Assembly (NCBI GenBank): GCA_963781185.1
Contig: CAWAEL010000027.1
Coordinates: 1 to 64,000 of the forward strand
Direction of reading: 5' to 3'
DNA length: 64,000 bases
Source of the DNA: an uncultured Alphaproteobacteria bacterium
Lineage (GTDB): Bacteria; Pseudomonadota; Alphaproteobacteria; Rhodobacterales; Rhodobacteraceae
Each line of letters begins with the position of its first letter. The first letter of the stretch is position 1. Positions 42,765 to 53,590 of the stretch are shown in pieces. The notes beneath the pieces were generated by a model. That model was not told the origin of the DNA. It saw only the letters and a list, made by a program, of their open reading frames with translations, and did no database searches. A program made the position numbers and the translations under genes.

Positions 42765-45341
42765 TCAGCCGCCGAGCATGCGGCCGACCATCTCGCCCAG
42801 ATCCCGGCTCAACCCCGGCGCGGCCTTGATCCGCTCCAACGCCGCCTTCGACAGCGCCTTGCGGCCGGCGTCATAGCGGCCCCAAGTCTCAAACGCCGTC
42901 GACATGCGTGAGGCGGTCTGCGGGTTCAGCGGGTCCAGTTTGATCAGCCAATCGGCCAGCAGGTTGTATCCAGCGCCTGAGGCATGGTGGAACCCGGCGT
43001 GATTGCCCGCCAATGCCCCGATGACCGAGCGGAACCGGTTGGGATTGCGCCAGTCGAACAGCTTGTGCTTGGTCAGCCCCTCAGTCACTGCCGCCGCCTG
43101 ATCTGGCGCGGCCATCAGGATCTGCAGGCCGAACCACTTGTCCATCACCAGCCGCTCACCCGACCAACGACCATAGAACCGCTCCAACGCCTCAGCCCCG
43201 ATGCCGTTGTCCAGCAGGATGGCCAAGGTTCCCATTTCTTCGGTCATGTTGTCCGCTGCTGCATAGGCCGCCTGCGCGGCCTTACCACCGTCGACCTTGG
43301 CGAGCAGCCCCAGACAAGCCAGCCGCAACGCCCGCCGCCCGGCCCCCGCAGCATCGGGCGTGAACGGCCCCTCACCACGCAGCGCCGCTTCCATGCCCGC
43401 CAGATGCGGATACATATAGCGCGCCATCGCCAGCCCCAACGCCTTGCGCGCATCATAAATCGCTTGCGGATCGGGCACATGCCCCATGCCCGCCAATGTC
43501 GCCGCGATCTCATCATCCCCCGGCAACCGCAGCGCCAAAGCCCGGAATGCCGGGTCAAGGCTATCATCACGCACCAACATCCACAGCCCTTGGATCAGAT
43601 CCTTGGAGGGTGCCGCCCCGTTCACGATCATGTCGATCAGCACATCCCGCGCCAGCGACCGCCCCGCCTCCCAGCGGTTGAACGCGTCGGTGTCATGGGC
43701 CAACAGCAACGCCCGTTCCGCAGCCGGAACTTCACGCTGCAACACCACCGGTGCCGAGAACCCGCGCAGGATCGACGGGATCGGCCGCACCGCCAGGCCC
43801 TCGAAGTCAAACGTCTGGCTGGTCTCGGTCAGTTCCAACACCCGCGTCGGCACCACCTCATCGCCATTGGGGTTGAGCAGCCCCACCGCAATCGGAATCA
43901 CCTTAGGGTCCTTTTTCGGCTGCCCCGGTGTCGGCGGGTTGGTCTGTGTCAGGGTCAAGCGGTAGGTGCCCCCTTGCTCGGCAGGCTCCCACGCCTCGGC
44001 CACCGAAATCTGCGGCGTGCCGGCCTGCGAATACCAGCGTTTGAACTGCGACAGGTCGCGGCCCGTCGTATCCTCAAACACCTTCAGCCAGTCCTCAATG
44101 GTCGCCGCCTGCCCGTCATGCCGGTCGAAATAGAGGTCCAGCGCGCGGGCATAGTCGGCATCGCCAACCAGCCGCTTCAGCATCCCGATAACCTCTGACC
44201 CCTTCTCATACACCGTCGCGGTGTAGAAGTTGTTGATCTCAATGAAACTCTCTGGCCGCACCGGATGCGCCAGCGGTCCGCCATCCTCACGGAACTGACG
44301 GCCCCGCAGCGCCAGCACATCCTCAATCCGCTTCACATCATGCGACCGCATGTCGCCGGTGAACTGCTGATCGCGGAACACCGTCAGCCCCTCTTTCAGG
44401 CACAGCTGGAACCAGTCGCGGCAGGTGATGCGGTTGCCGGTCCAGTTGTGGAAATACTCATGCGCGATCACCCCTTCGATCCGGTTGTAATCGTCATCCG
44501 TCGCCGTCTCAGGGCTGGCCAGCACCAGTTTGGAGTTGAAGATGTTCAGCCCCTTATTCTCCATCGCGCCCATGTTGAAATCGTCAACCGCCACGATGTT
44601 GAACACGTCGAGGTCATATTCCCGCCCGTAGACCTGCTCATCCCACTGCATCGAGCGGATCAGACTGTCCATCGCATAGGCGCAGCGGTCCTCATCCCCC
44701 GGCCGCACATAGATTTTCAGATCAACCGGCTTGCCGGACATGGTGGTGAACGGTGCTTCATGGGCGACCAGATCGCCTGCGACCAAGGCGAACAGATAGG
44801 CCGGTTTCGGCCACGGATCGGTCCATTCGGCCCAGCCCGGTCCCTGCCCCGCCGGATTGCCGTTCGACAACAGCACCGGCAGATCGCTTTCCACCCGCAC
44901 ATGGAACGGCGCCAGCACGTCGGGGCGGTCGGGGTAGAAGGTGATGTGACGGAACCCTTCAGCCTCACATTGGGTGCAATACATGCCGTTCGACATATAC
45001 AGCCCCTCGAACGACGTGTTGTCGGCGGGTGCAATCTCGACCTCCGTCTCCAAGGTAAAGGTCTTGCTCGGCAGGAACCGCGCCGCAATCACCAGCCCCG
45101 CGTCATCCTGATGGCTCGCCACCGCCACACCGTCCACCGCGCAACTGATCAGCTTCAGCCCCTCACCATGCAGGTGCAGGTCATGGGCACCCGGGCGCAG
45201 CGGGTTGGGCGTCAGGGTCATCTTGGCCAGCACCCGCGTCGTCTTGGGCGCCAGCCGGAAGGTCAGGTCAACCTTCTCAACGATATGGGTAAAGGGCAGG
45301 TAATCGGCCAGATAGATGGTCTGCGGTGTGTCGGTCATGGT
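42765..45341 (-). CDS. pepN: aminopeptidase N (M1 family)
   Basis: HEYFHNWTGNRVT zinc-binding motif and GAMEN motif. Intact ~858 aa. GGAG RBS. Confidence 0.9.
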   Translation of the reverse strand, partial: TMTDTPQTIYLADYLPFTHIVEKVDLTFRLAPKTTRVLAKMTLTPNPLRPGAHDLHLHGEGLKLISCAVDGVAVASHQDDAGLVIAARFLPSKTFTLETEVEIAPADNTSFEGLYMSNGMYCTQCEAEGFRHITFYPDRPDVLAPFHVRVESDLPVLLSNGNPAGQGPGWAEWTDPWPKPAYLFALVAGDLVAHEAPFTTMSGKPVDLKIYVRPGDEDRCAYAMDSLIRSMQWDEQVYGREYDLDVFNIVAVDDFNMGAMENKGLNIFNSKLVLASPETATDDDYNRIEGVIAHEYFHNWTGNRITCRDWFQLCLKEGLTVFRDQQFTGDMRSHDVKRIEDVLALRGRQFREDGGPLAHPVRPESFIEINNFYTATVYEKGSEVIGMLKRLVGDADYARALDLYFDRHDGQAATIEDWLKVFEDTTGRDLSQFKRWYSQAGTPQISVAEAWEPAEQGGTYRLTLTQTNPPTPGQPKKDPKVIPIAVGLLNPNGDEVVPTRVLELTETSQTFDFEGLAVRPIPSILRGFSAPVVLQREVPAAERALLLAHDTDAFNRWEAGRSLARDVLIDMIVNGAAPSKDLIQGLWMLVRDDSLDPAFRALALRLPGDDEIAATLAGMGHVPDPQAIYDARKALGLAMARYMYPHLAGMEAALRGEGPFTPDAAGAGRRALRLACLGLLAKVDGGKAAQAAYAAADNMTEEMGTLAILLDNGIGAEALERFYGRWSGERLVMDKWFGLQILMAAPDQAAAVTEGLTKHKLFDWRNPNRFRSVIGALAGNHAGFHHASGAGYNLLADWLIKLDPLNPQTASRMSTAFETWGRYDAGRKALSKAALERIKAAPGLSRDLGEMVGRMLGG

Positions 45342-45396
45342 GCATCTCCGGTTCTTTGGGCAAAGGGATAGACCCGCTGCACAAAGAAGGAAAGTG

Positions 45397-45840
45397 TCAC
45401 AACGCTTCCGCCACCGCCGCCAGTTTGCCCATGGTCTGCATCCCCAACCGGTCCGCCCCAAAACCCAAGGCCACCGCCTTCGCCTCAGCCGTCGGAAGGG
45501 TGATCGTCTGCGTCAACCGCGTCCCCGCCCCCTCAGGTGCCAGCGTCACGACCACCTCCATCGGGGGTTGGCTGTCATCGTCGCTGTCCATCAGAAACTC
45601 AATCCGGCTGGGGGCGCGGCGCAGGGTAAAGCGGTGACGGTTGGGAAAGACCGTGCCATCCGGCCCGATCATGTCGAACCGCCACAACCCGCCCTCAACC
45701 AGATTGATTTCCTTGGTGATGCAGGAATAGCCGTCGGGCCCGAACCAACGGGCGATCAGCGTGGGGTCGGTCCAGCAGCGCCAGACCTTGTCCGGCGTGG
45801 CGTTGATCACCCGGGTCAGGGTCAGCTGGCGGTCCTGCAT
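45397..45840 (-). CDS. AHSA1/SRPBCC domain protein (activator of Hsp90 ATPase homolog-like)
   Basis: KVWRCWTDP motif. Paired with a paralog upstream and an ArsR regulator. Confidence 0.65.
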   Translation of the reverse strand: MQDRQLTLTRVINATPDKVWRCWTDPTLIARWFGPDGYSCITKEINLVEGGLWRFDMIGPDGTVFPNRHRFTLRRAPSRIEFLMDSDDDSQPPMEVVVTLAPEGAGTRLTQTITLPTAEAKAVALGFGADRLGMQTMGKLAAVAEAL

Positions 45841-46322
45841 CACAGCGTCTTTGCCAGTTCTTCCAATTGCGTCGCAGCCGCCCACCAGCCGTCGTGGAAC
45901 CCCATTTCCTTGTGCATCTTGGCATCCTCAGGCCGCCCATGGCGGGCGACGGCCTTGTAGCGCGTGCCGGTCCCCTCAGCCTCCATCGTCACGATGGCGG
46001 CAAAGTGCAAACCGGCGCCGGACTGGATCAGGCCCAGCGGCGCAAAGTCCTCGCCCATGATATCGGTGAACACCAGCTTGCGCCCCGGCACCACCTCCAG
46101 AAAGCTGCCCTCATTCGGCACCTTCTCACCATCCGGCCCGTTCATCAGGGTGAAGAACCGCCCACCTGCCCGCAGATCAACCACGGCCTCGGACACATAC
46201 CACGGCTTGGGGCAGAACCATTGGCAGATCAGCGCCGGCTCTGTCCAACAGCGCCAGACCATCGCAGGCGGCGCGGCCAACAAACGGGTCAGTTCCAGAT
46301 CCAGTTCAGGGTTGATCTTCAT
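45840..46322 (-). CDS. AHSA1/SRPBCC domain protein (paralog)
   Basis: MVWRCWTEP motif. Its stop overlaps the next start. Confidence 0.65.
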   Translation of the reverse strand: MKINPELDLELTRLLAAPPAMVWRCWTEPALICQWFCPKPWYVSEAVVDLRAGGRFFTLMNGPDGEKVPNEGSFLEVVPGRKLVFTDIMGEDFAPLGLIQSGAGLHFAAIVTMEAEGTGTRYKAVARHGRPEDAKMHKEMGFHDGWWAAATQLEELAKTL

Positions 46323-46331
46323 GATTCATCC

Positions 46332-46661
46332 TTATCCGTCAGCGTTTTCAAGCAGGGCTTCCAGCCGATCCGTCCGCGCCTCCCACTGGGCGCGCTGCTC
46401 GGCCATCCAATCCATCGTCGCGTTGAACATCTCGGGCCGCGCCGTGCACATCCGGGTGCGACCGGTCTTTTCGGTCGAAATCAGTGCTGCATCTTCCAGC
46501 ACCTGCAGATGCCGCATCACAGTCGGCAGCGCCAAGCCCGTCGGCCGCGCCAGTTCAGAAACCGGCACCGCCCCCTGCCCCAACCGCGCCAGCATCGCGC
46601 GGCGCGTCGGGTCGGACAGTGCTTGAAAGATCAACGACAGGTCTGGGTCATGTTTAGCCAT
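46332..46661 (-). CDS. ArsR/SmtB family transcriptional regulator
   Basis: LSDPTRRAMLARL...VSELA...LPTVMRHLQVL wHTH. An alternative GTG start exists at 46676. Confidence 0.8.
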   Translation of the reverse strand: MAKHDPDLSLIFQALSDPTRRAMLARLGQGAVPVSELARPTGLALPTVMRHLQVLEDAALISTEKTGRTRMCTARPEMFNATMDWMAEQRAQWEARTDRLEALLENADG

Positions 46662-46849
46662 ATCACTAACTAACACGAGTTGCTGCCCTGAGAAAAGCCG
46701 GAATTCACATGCCGCCGCTAAACCCGGATTATTTTGCGGGCATTGAAGGTGATCAGGCGGATCAATGGCAATGCAGATGCAGCATCGCCTTGCGGCTTGG
46801 GCGAAATCAGTATCTCATGCCCTTAAACCCGCTTAAACTGGAGGAATTC

Positions 46850-49012
46850 ATGGCTCAACGTGTGGCGCGCGCCGGTCTGCAGGTGGATAAGGTTCTGGCG
46901 GATTTCTTGAGGACCGTGCCCTGCCCGGCACTGGCATCACGGCAGACCATTTCTGGACCGGATTTTCCGACCTCGTGCATGACTTCGGCCCGCGCAACCG
47001 CCAACTTCTGGCCAAGCGGGAGCAGATTGCAGGCCTGGATTGACGACTGGCACCGCGTCCGCAAGACCGAACCGCTGGACCATCTGGCCTATGGTGAGTT
47101 TCTGCGCCACATCGGCTACCGTCTGCCCGAGGGTGAGGATTTCACCGATCGACACCACCAATGTCGACCCCGAAATCGCCACCGATCCCCGGCCCGCAAC
47201 TCGTCGTGCCGATCACCAACGCCCGCTATGTGCTGAACGCCGCCAATGCGCGCTGGGGCAGCCTGTATGACGCGTTCTATGGCACCGACGCGATGGGCAA
47301 GGCGCAGCCGGGCGGCTATGACCGTGGCCACGGCGCGCGGGTTGTGGCCCGGTCACGGGTGTTTCTGGATGAGGCTTTCCCGATTGCCGGCACCAGCCAT
47401 GCCGACGTGCGGCGCTATCAGGTGGTCGACGGCGCGCTGCTGATCGACGACATGCCCCTGATGCAGCCCAAGAAATTCGCAGGCTACAAGGGCAATCCCA
47501 AGGCCCAGCCTGACGCTGTCGTGCTGGTCAACAACGGCCTGCATGTCGAACTGGTCTTCGACCGCGCCCATCTGATCGGCAGCCGCGATCAGGCTGGCCT
47601 TGCCGATGTCGTGCTGGAATCCGCCGTGTCCGCCATCATGGACTGCGAGGACTCCGTCGCCTGCGTCGATGCCGAGGATAAGGTTGCAGGCCTATGCCAA
47701 CTGGCTGGGCGTCATGCAGGGCGACCTGACCGCCGACTTCGACAAGGGCGGCAAGCAGATGACCCGCGCCCTGAATGAGGACCGCGACTTACATCGCCCC
47801 CGACGGCAGCACCGCTGACCCTCAAGGGCCGCGCCCTGCTGTGGGTGCGCAATGTCGGCCATCTGATGACCAACCCCGCCATTCTGGACCGCGACGGGGC
47901 CGAGGTGTTCGAAGGCCTGATGGACGCCATGGTGACGGTCCTGATCGCCATGCACGACCTGAAGAAGACCTACGGCCTGCGCAATAGCCACCACGGGTCG
48001 GTCTACATCGTCAAACCCAAGATGCACGGGCCCGAAGAGGTGGCCTTTGCCGACGACATCTTTGCCAGGGTCGAGGATGTTCTGCAGCCTGCCGCGCAAC
48101 ACCGTCAAAATCGGCATCATGGATGAGGAGCGGCGCACCTCGGTCAACCTCAAGGAATGTATCCGCGCCGCCAAATCCCGGGTCGCCTTCATCAACACCG
48201 GCTTTCTCGACCGGACCGGGGACGAGATCCACACCTCGATGGAGGCCGGGCCGTTCAGCCGCAAGGACTTCATCAAGCGCAAATCGTGGATCGGCGCGTA
48301 TGAGAACGCAGAACGTCGACATCGGGCTGGAATGTGGCCTGTCGGGCCGGGCGCAGATCGGCAAGGGGATGTGGGCCGCGCCAGACCTGATGGCCGCGAT
48401 GCTGGAACAAAAGATCGACCACCCCAAGGCCGGGGCCAACTGCGCTTGGGTGCCCTCGCCCACCGCCGCGATCCTGCACGCCCTGCATTACCACAAGATC
48501 GACGTGTTTGCCGTGCAAAAGCGCCGTCTGGCCGCTGGTGGCCGCCGGGCGTTTGTCGAGACGGTGCTGGAAATCCCGCTCGCCTCTTATCGCCGCTGGA
48601 CCGAGGATCAGATCCTGCGTGAGGTCGAGAACAACGCGCAGGGCATCCTCGGCTATGTCGTCCGCTGGATTGATCAGGGGGTCGGCTGTTCCAAGGTGCC
48701 CGACCTGCACAATGTCGGGTTGATGGAGGACCGGGCGACCTGCCGGATATCTTCGCAGCACATCGCGAACTGGTTGCATGCATGGCGTCGTCAGCGGCGA
48801 ACAGGTCGATGCCTGCCTGCAAAAGATGGCCGTGCTGGTGGACGCGGCAGAACGCCGACGATCCGCTCTATCAGCCGATGGCACCCGATTTCGATGGCAT
48901 CGCGTTTGCGGCGGCCCGGGATCTGGTGTTCAAGGGCCGCGTCCAGCCGTCTGGCTATACGGAGCCGATCCTTCATGCCCGCCGCCTGCAAAAGAAGGCT
49001 GGCAACCACTAG
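46850..49012 (+). CDS. glcB: malate synthase G; at least 5 frame breaks
   Basis: Diagnostic segments ([20 protein letters not shown]; [20 protein letters not shown]; [15 protein letters not shown]; [21 protein letters not shown]; AILHALHYH) spread over all three forward frames. GGAGGAAT RBS. Confidence 0.8.
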
Positions 49013-49052
49013 GGCGTCCAGATCTGGACACTTCACGAAACCGAGCAAAACC

Positions 49053-49082
49053 AATGGGTTAATTCTGCGGAATTAACCCATT
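49053..49082. terminator. perfect 13-bp-stem hairpin AATGGGTTAATTC-tgcg-GAATTAACCCATT between convergent glcB and bolA
   Basis: Read directly. T-rich tract on the bolA side. Confidence 0.55.
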
Positions 49083-49090
49083 TTCAACGG

Positions 49091-49342
49091 TCAGCCGATG
49101 TCCAACGATATCGCATGGGCGCGTTGGTTGATGTCGCCCAGCGCCGCCTGCACCGCCCGGTGCCGCGCCACACGCCCCATCGCGGCCAAGGCGTCCGCCC
49201 GGATGCGAATGGCGAAATGGCTTTCGCCGCTGCCGTCGTCGCCCGAATGCCCCGCGTGACGGTGACTTTCGTTCTCGACCACCAGTTCGGTGGGCGAAAA
49301 GGCGCGTGTCAAGCGGTCTTCAATCTCTTGAGCCAATTTCAT
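49091..49342 (-). CDS. BolA family protein
   Basis: 83 aa with a BolA fold signature (FAIRIRADALAAMGRVARHRAV). Confidence 0.8.
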   Translation of the reverse strand: MKLAQEIEDRLTRAFSPTELVVENESHRHAGHSGDDGSGESHFAIRIRADALAAMGRVARHRAVQAALGDINQRAHAISLDIG

Positions 49343-49413
49343 TTTTATCCAAACCCCTTCTATCTGCCGTCAGAACGACTAAACTCATGGCCCCGAGTCG
49401 GAAAGGCCGCTTT

Positions 49414-50046
49414 ATGACCAAACCACCGCCCTTTGAGTTTGATATCCGCGTTTCGTCCGACAAGGCGAAGCGCAAGACTGTCCGTCGGGGCATGTCTGGG
49501 GCTTTCGAAACATCGACCAAAGCCTGTGACTATCCGGGCTGCAAAGAGAAGGGCGCCTACCGCGCCCCGAAATCGCCAGACCATCTGGACGAGTTTTTCT
49601 GGTTCTGCCGCGACCACGTGCGCGAATACAACCTGAAGTGGAACTTCTTTGGCGCCGCCACGGATGAGGAGTTCCAGAAACTGCTGGAGAAAGACCGGCT
49701 GTGGGAACGCGAAACCAAACCGTTCAGCCGCAAGGATGACGGGCGTGCATGGGCCCGGCTGGGTGTCAACGATCCGATGGAATTGTTGGGCGATAATGCC
49801 ACACAAAGCCCGGCCAAGCCGGTGAACAACAACACCCGCAAACTGCCCGCCCCCGAACGCAAGGCGGTCGAAATCCTTGAGGCCCGCGACAGCTGGACCA
49901 AGACAGAGATTCGCAAGCAGTACAAAAGTCTGGTCAAGGATCTGCACCCCGACATGAACGGCGGGCGACCGGTCCGACGAAGAGCGCCTGCAAGAGGTGG
50001 TCTGGGCCTGGGATCAGATCAAGGACAGCCGCTACTTCAAGGAATA
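49414..50046 (+). CDS. J-domain protein with Cys-containing N-terminal region and C-terminal DnaJ domain; one frame break near 49960
   Basis: C-terminus KAVEILEARDSWTKTEIRKQYKSLVKDLHPD, continuing in another frame to ...WDQIKDSRYFKE. Confidence 0.65.
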
Positions 50047-50432
50047 GCAGCCAGACGTGAGGCGGTCAGGTGCAGGGCGACGCCGCCCAGCAGCCAGACC
50101 GCGAACACCCAAAGATCCTGCACAATGGATGACAGAACAAGGGCGGGGCCAAGGGCCACGCCCTGCAAGCCGTTGTGCATCCCCTGCGCGATGGCAAACC
50201 CGGCCCCGGCGATGCCGGCCCCCAAGACTGTCGCCAACACGGCGGCAACCGCCGATACCTCAGGACGGCCCCGCGCAAACAGCGGGGCCAGCACTGCCCC
50301 GGCGAGTGCCGCCCCACCCAAGGCCGCCAGCTCAAACCGCCAGAAATCGGCATCTCGTGTGGTTTTCAAAATCGCGGCCATCACCGCCATACCCCAAAGC
50401 CCCGTCAAACCCGCCACAATCCATCGCTGCAT
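50037..50432 (-). CDS. small integral membrane protein (4 predicted TM helices), function unknown
   Basis: 131-aa hydrophobic ORF with GC3-consistent codon usage. No recognisable motif. Confidence 0.4.
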   Translation of the reverse strand: MQRWIVAGLTGLWGMAVMAAILKTTRDADFWRFELAALGGAALAGAVLAPLFARGRPEVSAVAAVLATVLGAGIAGAGFAIAQGMHNGLQGVALGPALVLSSIVQDLWVFAVWLLGGVALHLTASRLAAIP

Positions 50433-50499
50433 GATATCCCCCTGCTTTGCGCCAGACTGGCAAGGGCGGGTGCAGGACAGGTGCAGACGCCGTGCAGGG

Positions 50500-52174
50500 T
50501 TACGGCAGACGGCGGATGAAGTCGTATTTCAGCAGCCAGATCACGACGCGGTCCAGATACATCGGCTGCAACAGCGTGGCGGCCGAGATTGCCGCCAAGT
50601 CGACCCCGCCCGCACCAGCGGCAGTCACGGCATCCAGCACCTGCTTGATCTGCGTCTCACCAGCGAAAATCCGGCGCAGGGAGGTGTAGTTGCGCAGGGC
50701 CAGCATCTCATGCAGGTCGGGCCGCTGACCCGGATCATTGGCGACATAGCGATGCGCCCCCAGCGTGGCGGTTTCCGTGGGATAGGACCGGAACAGCAGC
50801 GAGGGCGACGGGGCGACCGGCAGCAGATGGCCGGGTATCCGCTGCGACCGGGCGGCACCGGCAACGCGGCGCTGATCCTGCTCGCCCCACAGCGCCTGAA
50901 ACTGCGGGATGACGGCGGCCCAGTCATACAACTGCCGCACCCGCGCCAAAGCCGCCTGCCCCATCCGCTGACGCAGGTCAGGGTTGGTGACAAGCTGCAA
51001 AATCCGCGCCTTCAGGTCGGACATGTCCACCTCGGTCATCGCCGAGACGGCGGCGCAATACTGCGCGTAGTCGTCAATCCCGCCCTGCAGACGCAGGGAT
51101 TCATTGGCCAGATGCAGCGGCGGCCAGGCTGCGGGTCTTGACGCGAAATCCGACATCCGGGCTGACGGTGTCCTTCATGCCGTCCCAGTCCGACACCAGC
51201 AGCGGCAGGCCCGCCGCCATCCCCTCCAACGGGGCCAGGCCGAAGGTTTCCTGAATATTGTCGATCATGAACAGGAATACATCCGCACCCGGACAGGGTC
51301 ATGCGGCGATCCTCAGCCTTGGCGCCATCCAGCAGCAGGAAGCCGACATCGGGCATCAACCGCGCGGCCCCCTCTGGTCAAACACCACCTTGGCATAGGG
51401 GTGGCGGAAGATGCCGCAGAACACGATGTGCAGCTTTTGCCCCGGCTTCAGCGCCTGCTGAGCCTGCTTGCATCGCCATGTAGATCGGCAGCGGGTCGAA
51501 TTTCTCATGCGGGGTCAGGCGGGCGATGGTGCAGAACACCACATCCTCCGGCCCACAGCCCAGCCGGGCGCGCAGATCGGCACGGGCCGCCTCATCCCGC
51601 GCGAAGTCATCGACATGAATGCCCAGCGGGATCACCGGCAGCATCGGGCGCGGCGGTGGGATGGTGCCAAAGCGATGCCGGATATGGTCGTCGATCAGGT
51701 CCATCTGGGTGCTGACCGCCGCCGCCACCGTGCGAGAGGTGCAGATCACCGCGTCCCACTCCATCACCGGGGCCATGCGGATGTCAAAGAACCCCTGCAT
51801 GATCCCCATGGTCGATGTGGTGTGGGTGATGCCCGTGATCGCCCACGCGCCGCTGCCATTGTCGGCACGCCGCCACGCCTCAGACGCGATATTGGCGGCG
51901 GGGTAGTAGAGCGTGGTGACAGGCGCGATCTTGGCCGGGCGCAACAGACCCACGGGGCGGATCGGTTTGTTCGACGCCCAAGGATTCGGCAAGCGCGCGC
52001 ACCTCTTCCGCCTCACCCGCGTTCTTGGCCAGCACCACGAATTCATCAACATCCGCGTGGCGCAAGAAGCCCTTCAGGAACGACTCTCCCCGCCACCCTG
52101 CGGCCGTTGATCCCCTTTTCACCGGGGCGATACCCGTCCGAGGCGTAGAAGATCGCGGCGTTAGTGGCGGTCAT
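50500..52174 (-). CDS. GT-B family glycosyltransferase (GT4-like); at least 3 frame breaks
   Basis: GLAPLEGMAAGLPLLVSDWDGMKDTV (E-x7-E region) and other GT1/GT4 segments across ORFs 50500..51156, 51036..51359, 51378..52052 and 51880..52122. The start overlaps the upstream methyltransferase stop (ATGA). Confidence 0.6.
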
Positions 52175-52965
52175 ATCTGCTCCATCCAAAGCCAGGGCGT
52201 CGGGCCCGCCCGCCATTCCCATAGCGCGATCAGGCGGTCGAGGTCGGACCACTCCTCCATCCAATCCGGCAAGTCGCTGCTGATCTGGCGGTCGATCCGG
52301 GTGACCCGGTGGGTCGCGGCAAAGCGGGCGGCGATGCGGTCGGACAGACCGGGCTGCATCCCGTCGTGGCATTCGACCAAAATATCCGCCCGCAGCAGAC
52401 CGGGGGCGGCGATGGGGTCCAGAAGGTCGGCCTCAGCCCCCTCTATATCGCAGATGATGACGGTGGGTTGATCGGCGCAGATGGCGAAATCGGCGTGATC
52501 CATCCGGCCACCAACCTCCACCCGCGCGGTCACACCGTTCAGCGCGGCCAACGCGCGGCATTGCGTCTGCGCCACAGGGTTCTGATCCCGTGCCAGCACC
52601 CGCGCACCGGGCATCCGGCGGGCCAGACCAACGGCATAATACCCCTCAGCACAGCCAATATCGAGGATCAGCGGATAGGCGCGGGCGATGATCGCCTCTA
52701 TCACCGGGGCGAGGCTCGCCTCATAGACCCCCAGCAACCGGGCAGCATAGGCGCCCTCGGTCGCGGTCAGCCCGTAGTCCATCCCCTTGAACGGCCCCGA
52801 CAAAACCCACTGCCCCGACCGTTGGCGCAGCGTATTGCCCACCACCTCTGACCGCCATTTCGCCAGATAGCGCAGCGCCCGGCGCAGGTTTTCCGGGTCA
52901 GGCTCCAGCGCCGCGATGTGACGCAGATGCTCGGTCGCGGTCTGGGTCAGGTTTGAGGGCGGCAA
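52171..52965 (-). CDS. class I SAM-dependent methyltransferase
   Basis: LDIGCAEGYYAVGLA motif I. Intact 264 aa. Confidence 0.7.
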   Translation of the reverse strand: MPPSNLTQTATEHLRHIAALEPDPENLRRALRYLAKWRSEVVGNTLRQRSGQWVLSGPFKGMDYGLTATEGAYAARLLGVYEASLAPVIEAIIARAYPLILDIGCAEGYYAVGLARRMPGARVLARDQNPVAQTQCRALAALNGVTARVEVGGRMDHADFAICADQPTVIICDIEGAEADLLDPIAAPGLLRADILVECHDGMQPGLSDRIAARFAATHRVTRIDRQISSDLPDWMEEWSDLDRLIALWEWRAGPTPWLWMEQI

Positions 52966-53034
52966 TTCAGGCTCCGGAAAGGGTCAGGCAGGATTAGCCT
53001 TGCGCCGCCAGCCTGTCTACACCGATCCGCGCCC

Positions 53035-53490
53035 TCAGCCCGCCACGAATTTCATCGCAACCCCGTTCATGCAATAGCGCAGCCCCGTGGGTGCCGGGCC
53101 ATCGTTGAACACATGGCCAAGATGCCCGCCACAGCGGCGGCAATGCACCTCTGTCCGCACGCCGAGCAGGCCGACATCGCGCTGGGTGCCAATCGCATTG
53201 TCCAACGGCTTCCAGAACGACGGCCAGCCGGTGCCGCTTTCAAACTTGGTGTCTGAGGAATAGAGCGGCAGGTCACAGCCCGCGCACAGGAACATGCCCT
53301 TGCGATGCTCATCATTCAGCGGGCTGGTGAAGGCGCGCTCGGTCCCCGCCTTGCGCAACACGTTGAACTGCGCATCGGTCAATAGCGCATGCCATTCCGC
53401 ATCGGTATGGGTCACCTCAAACCCCGCTGCGGCGGCGGGGCGGGCCAGCAAAAAGGCGGGCAATAGGGCAAGAAGGCTGCGGCGTTGCAT
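53035..53490 (-). CDS. msrB: peptide-methionine (R)-S-oxide reductase MsrB with signal peptide (periplasmic)
   Basis: RYCMNG/CGGHLGHVF SelR motifs. N-terminus MQRRSLLALLPAFLLARPAAAA. Confidence 0.85.
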   Translation of the reverse strand: MQRRSLLALLPAFLLARPAAAAGFEVTHTDAEWHALLTDAQFNVLRKAGTERAFTSPLNDEHRKGMFLCAGCDLPLYSSDTKFESGTGWPSFWKPLDNAIGTQRDVGLLGVRTEVHCRRCGGHLGHVFNDGPAPTGLRYCMNGVAMKFVAG

Positions 53491-53590
53491 GATATATCCT
53501 GTCAAATGATGTGACAGAGTAACGCAGGACGGCCCGCTTTTGGGCCAACATTTCGCCGTTTCACGCAATTGCGAAGCAGCGTGAACGGGC

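Noticed and set aside
46676-46850. Possible small gene between ArsR and glcB
   Set aside because: Only short ORFs without RBS or coding-type codon bias. It is better explained as the divergent promoter region.
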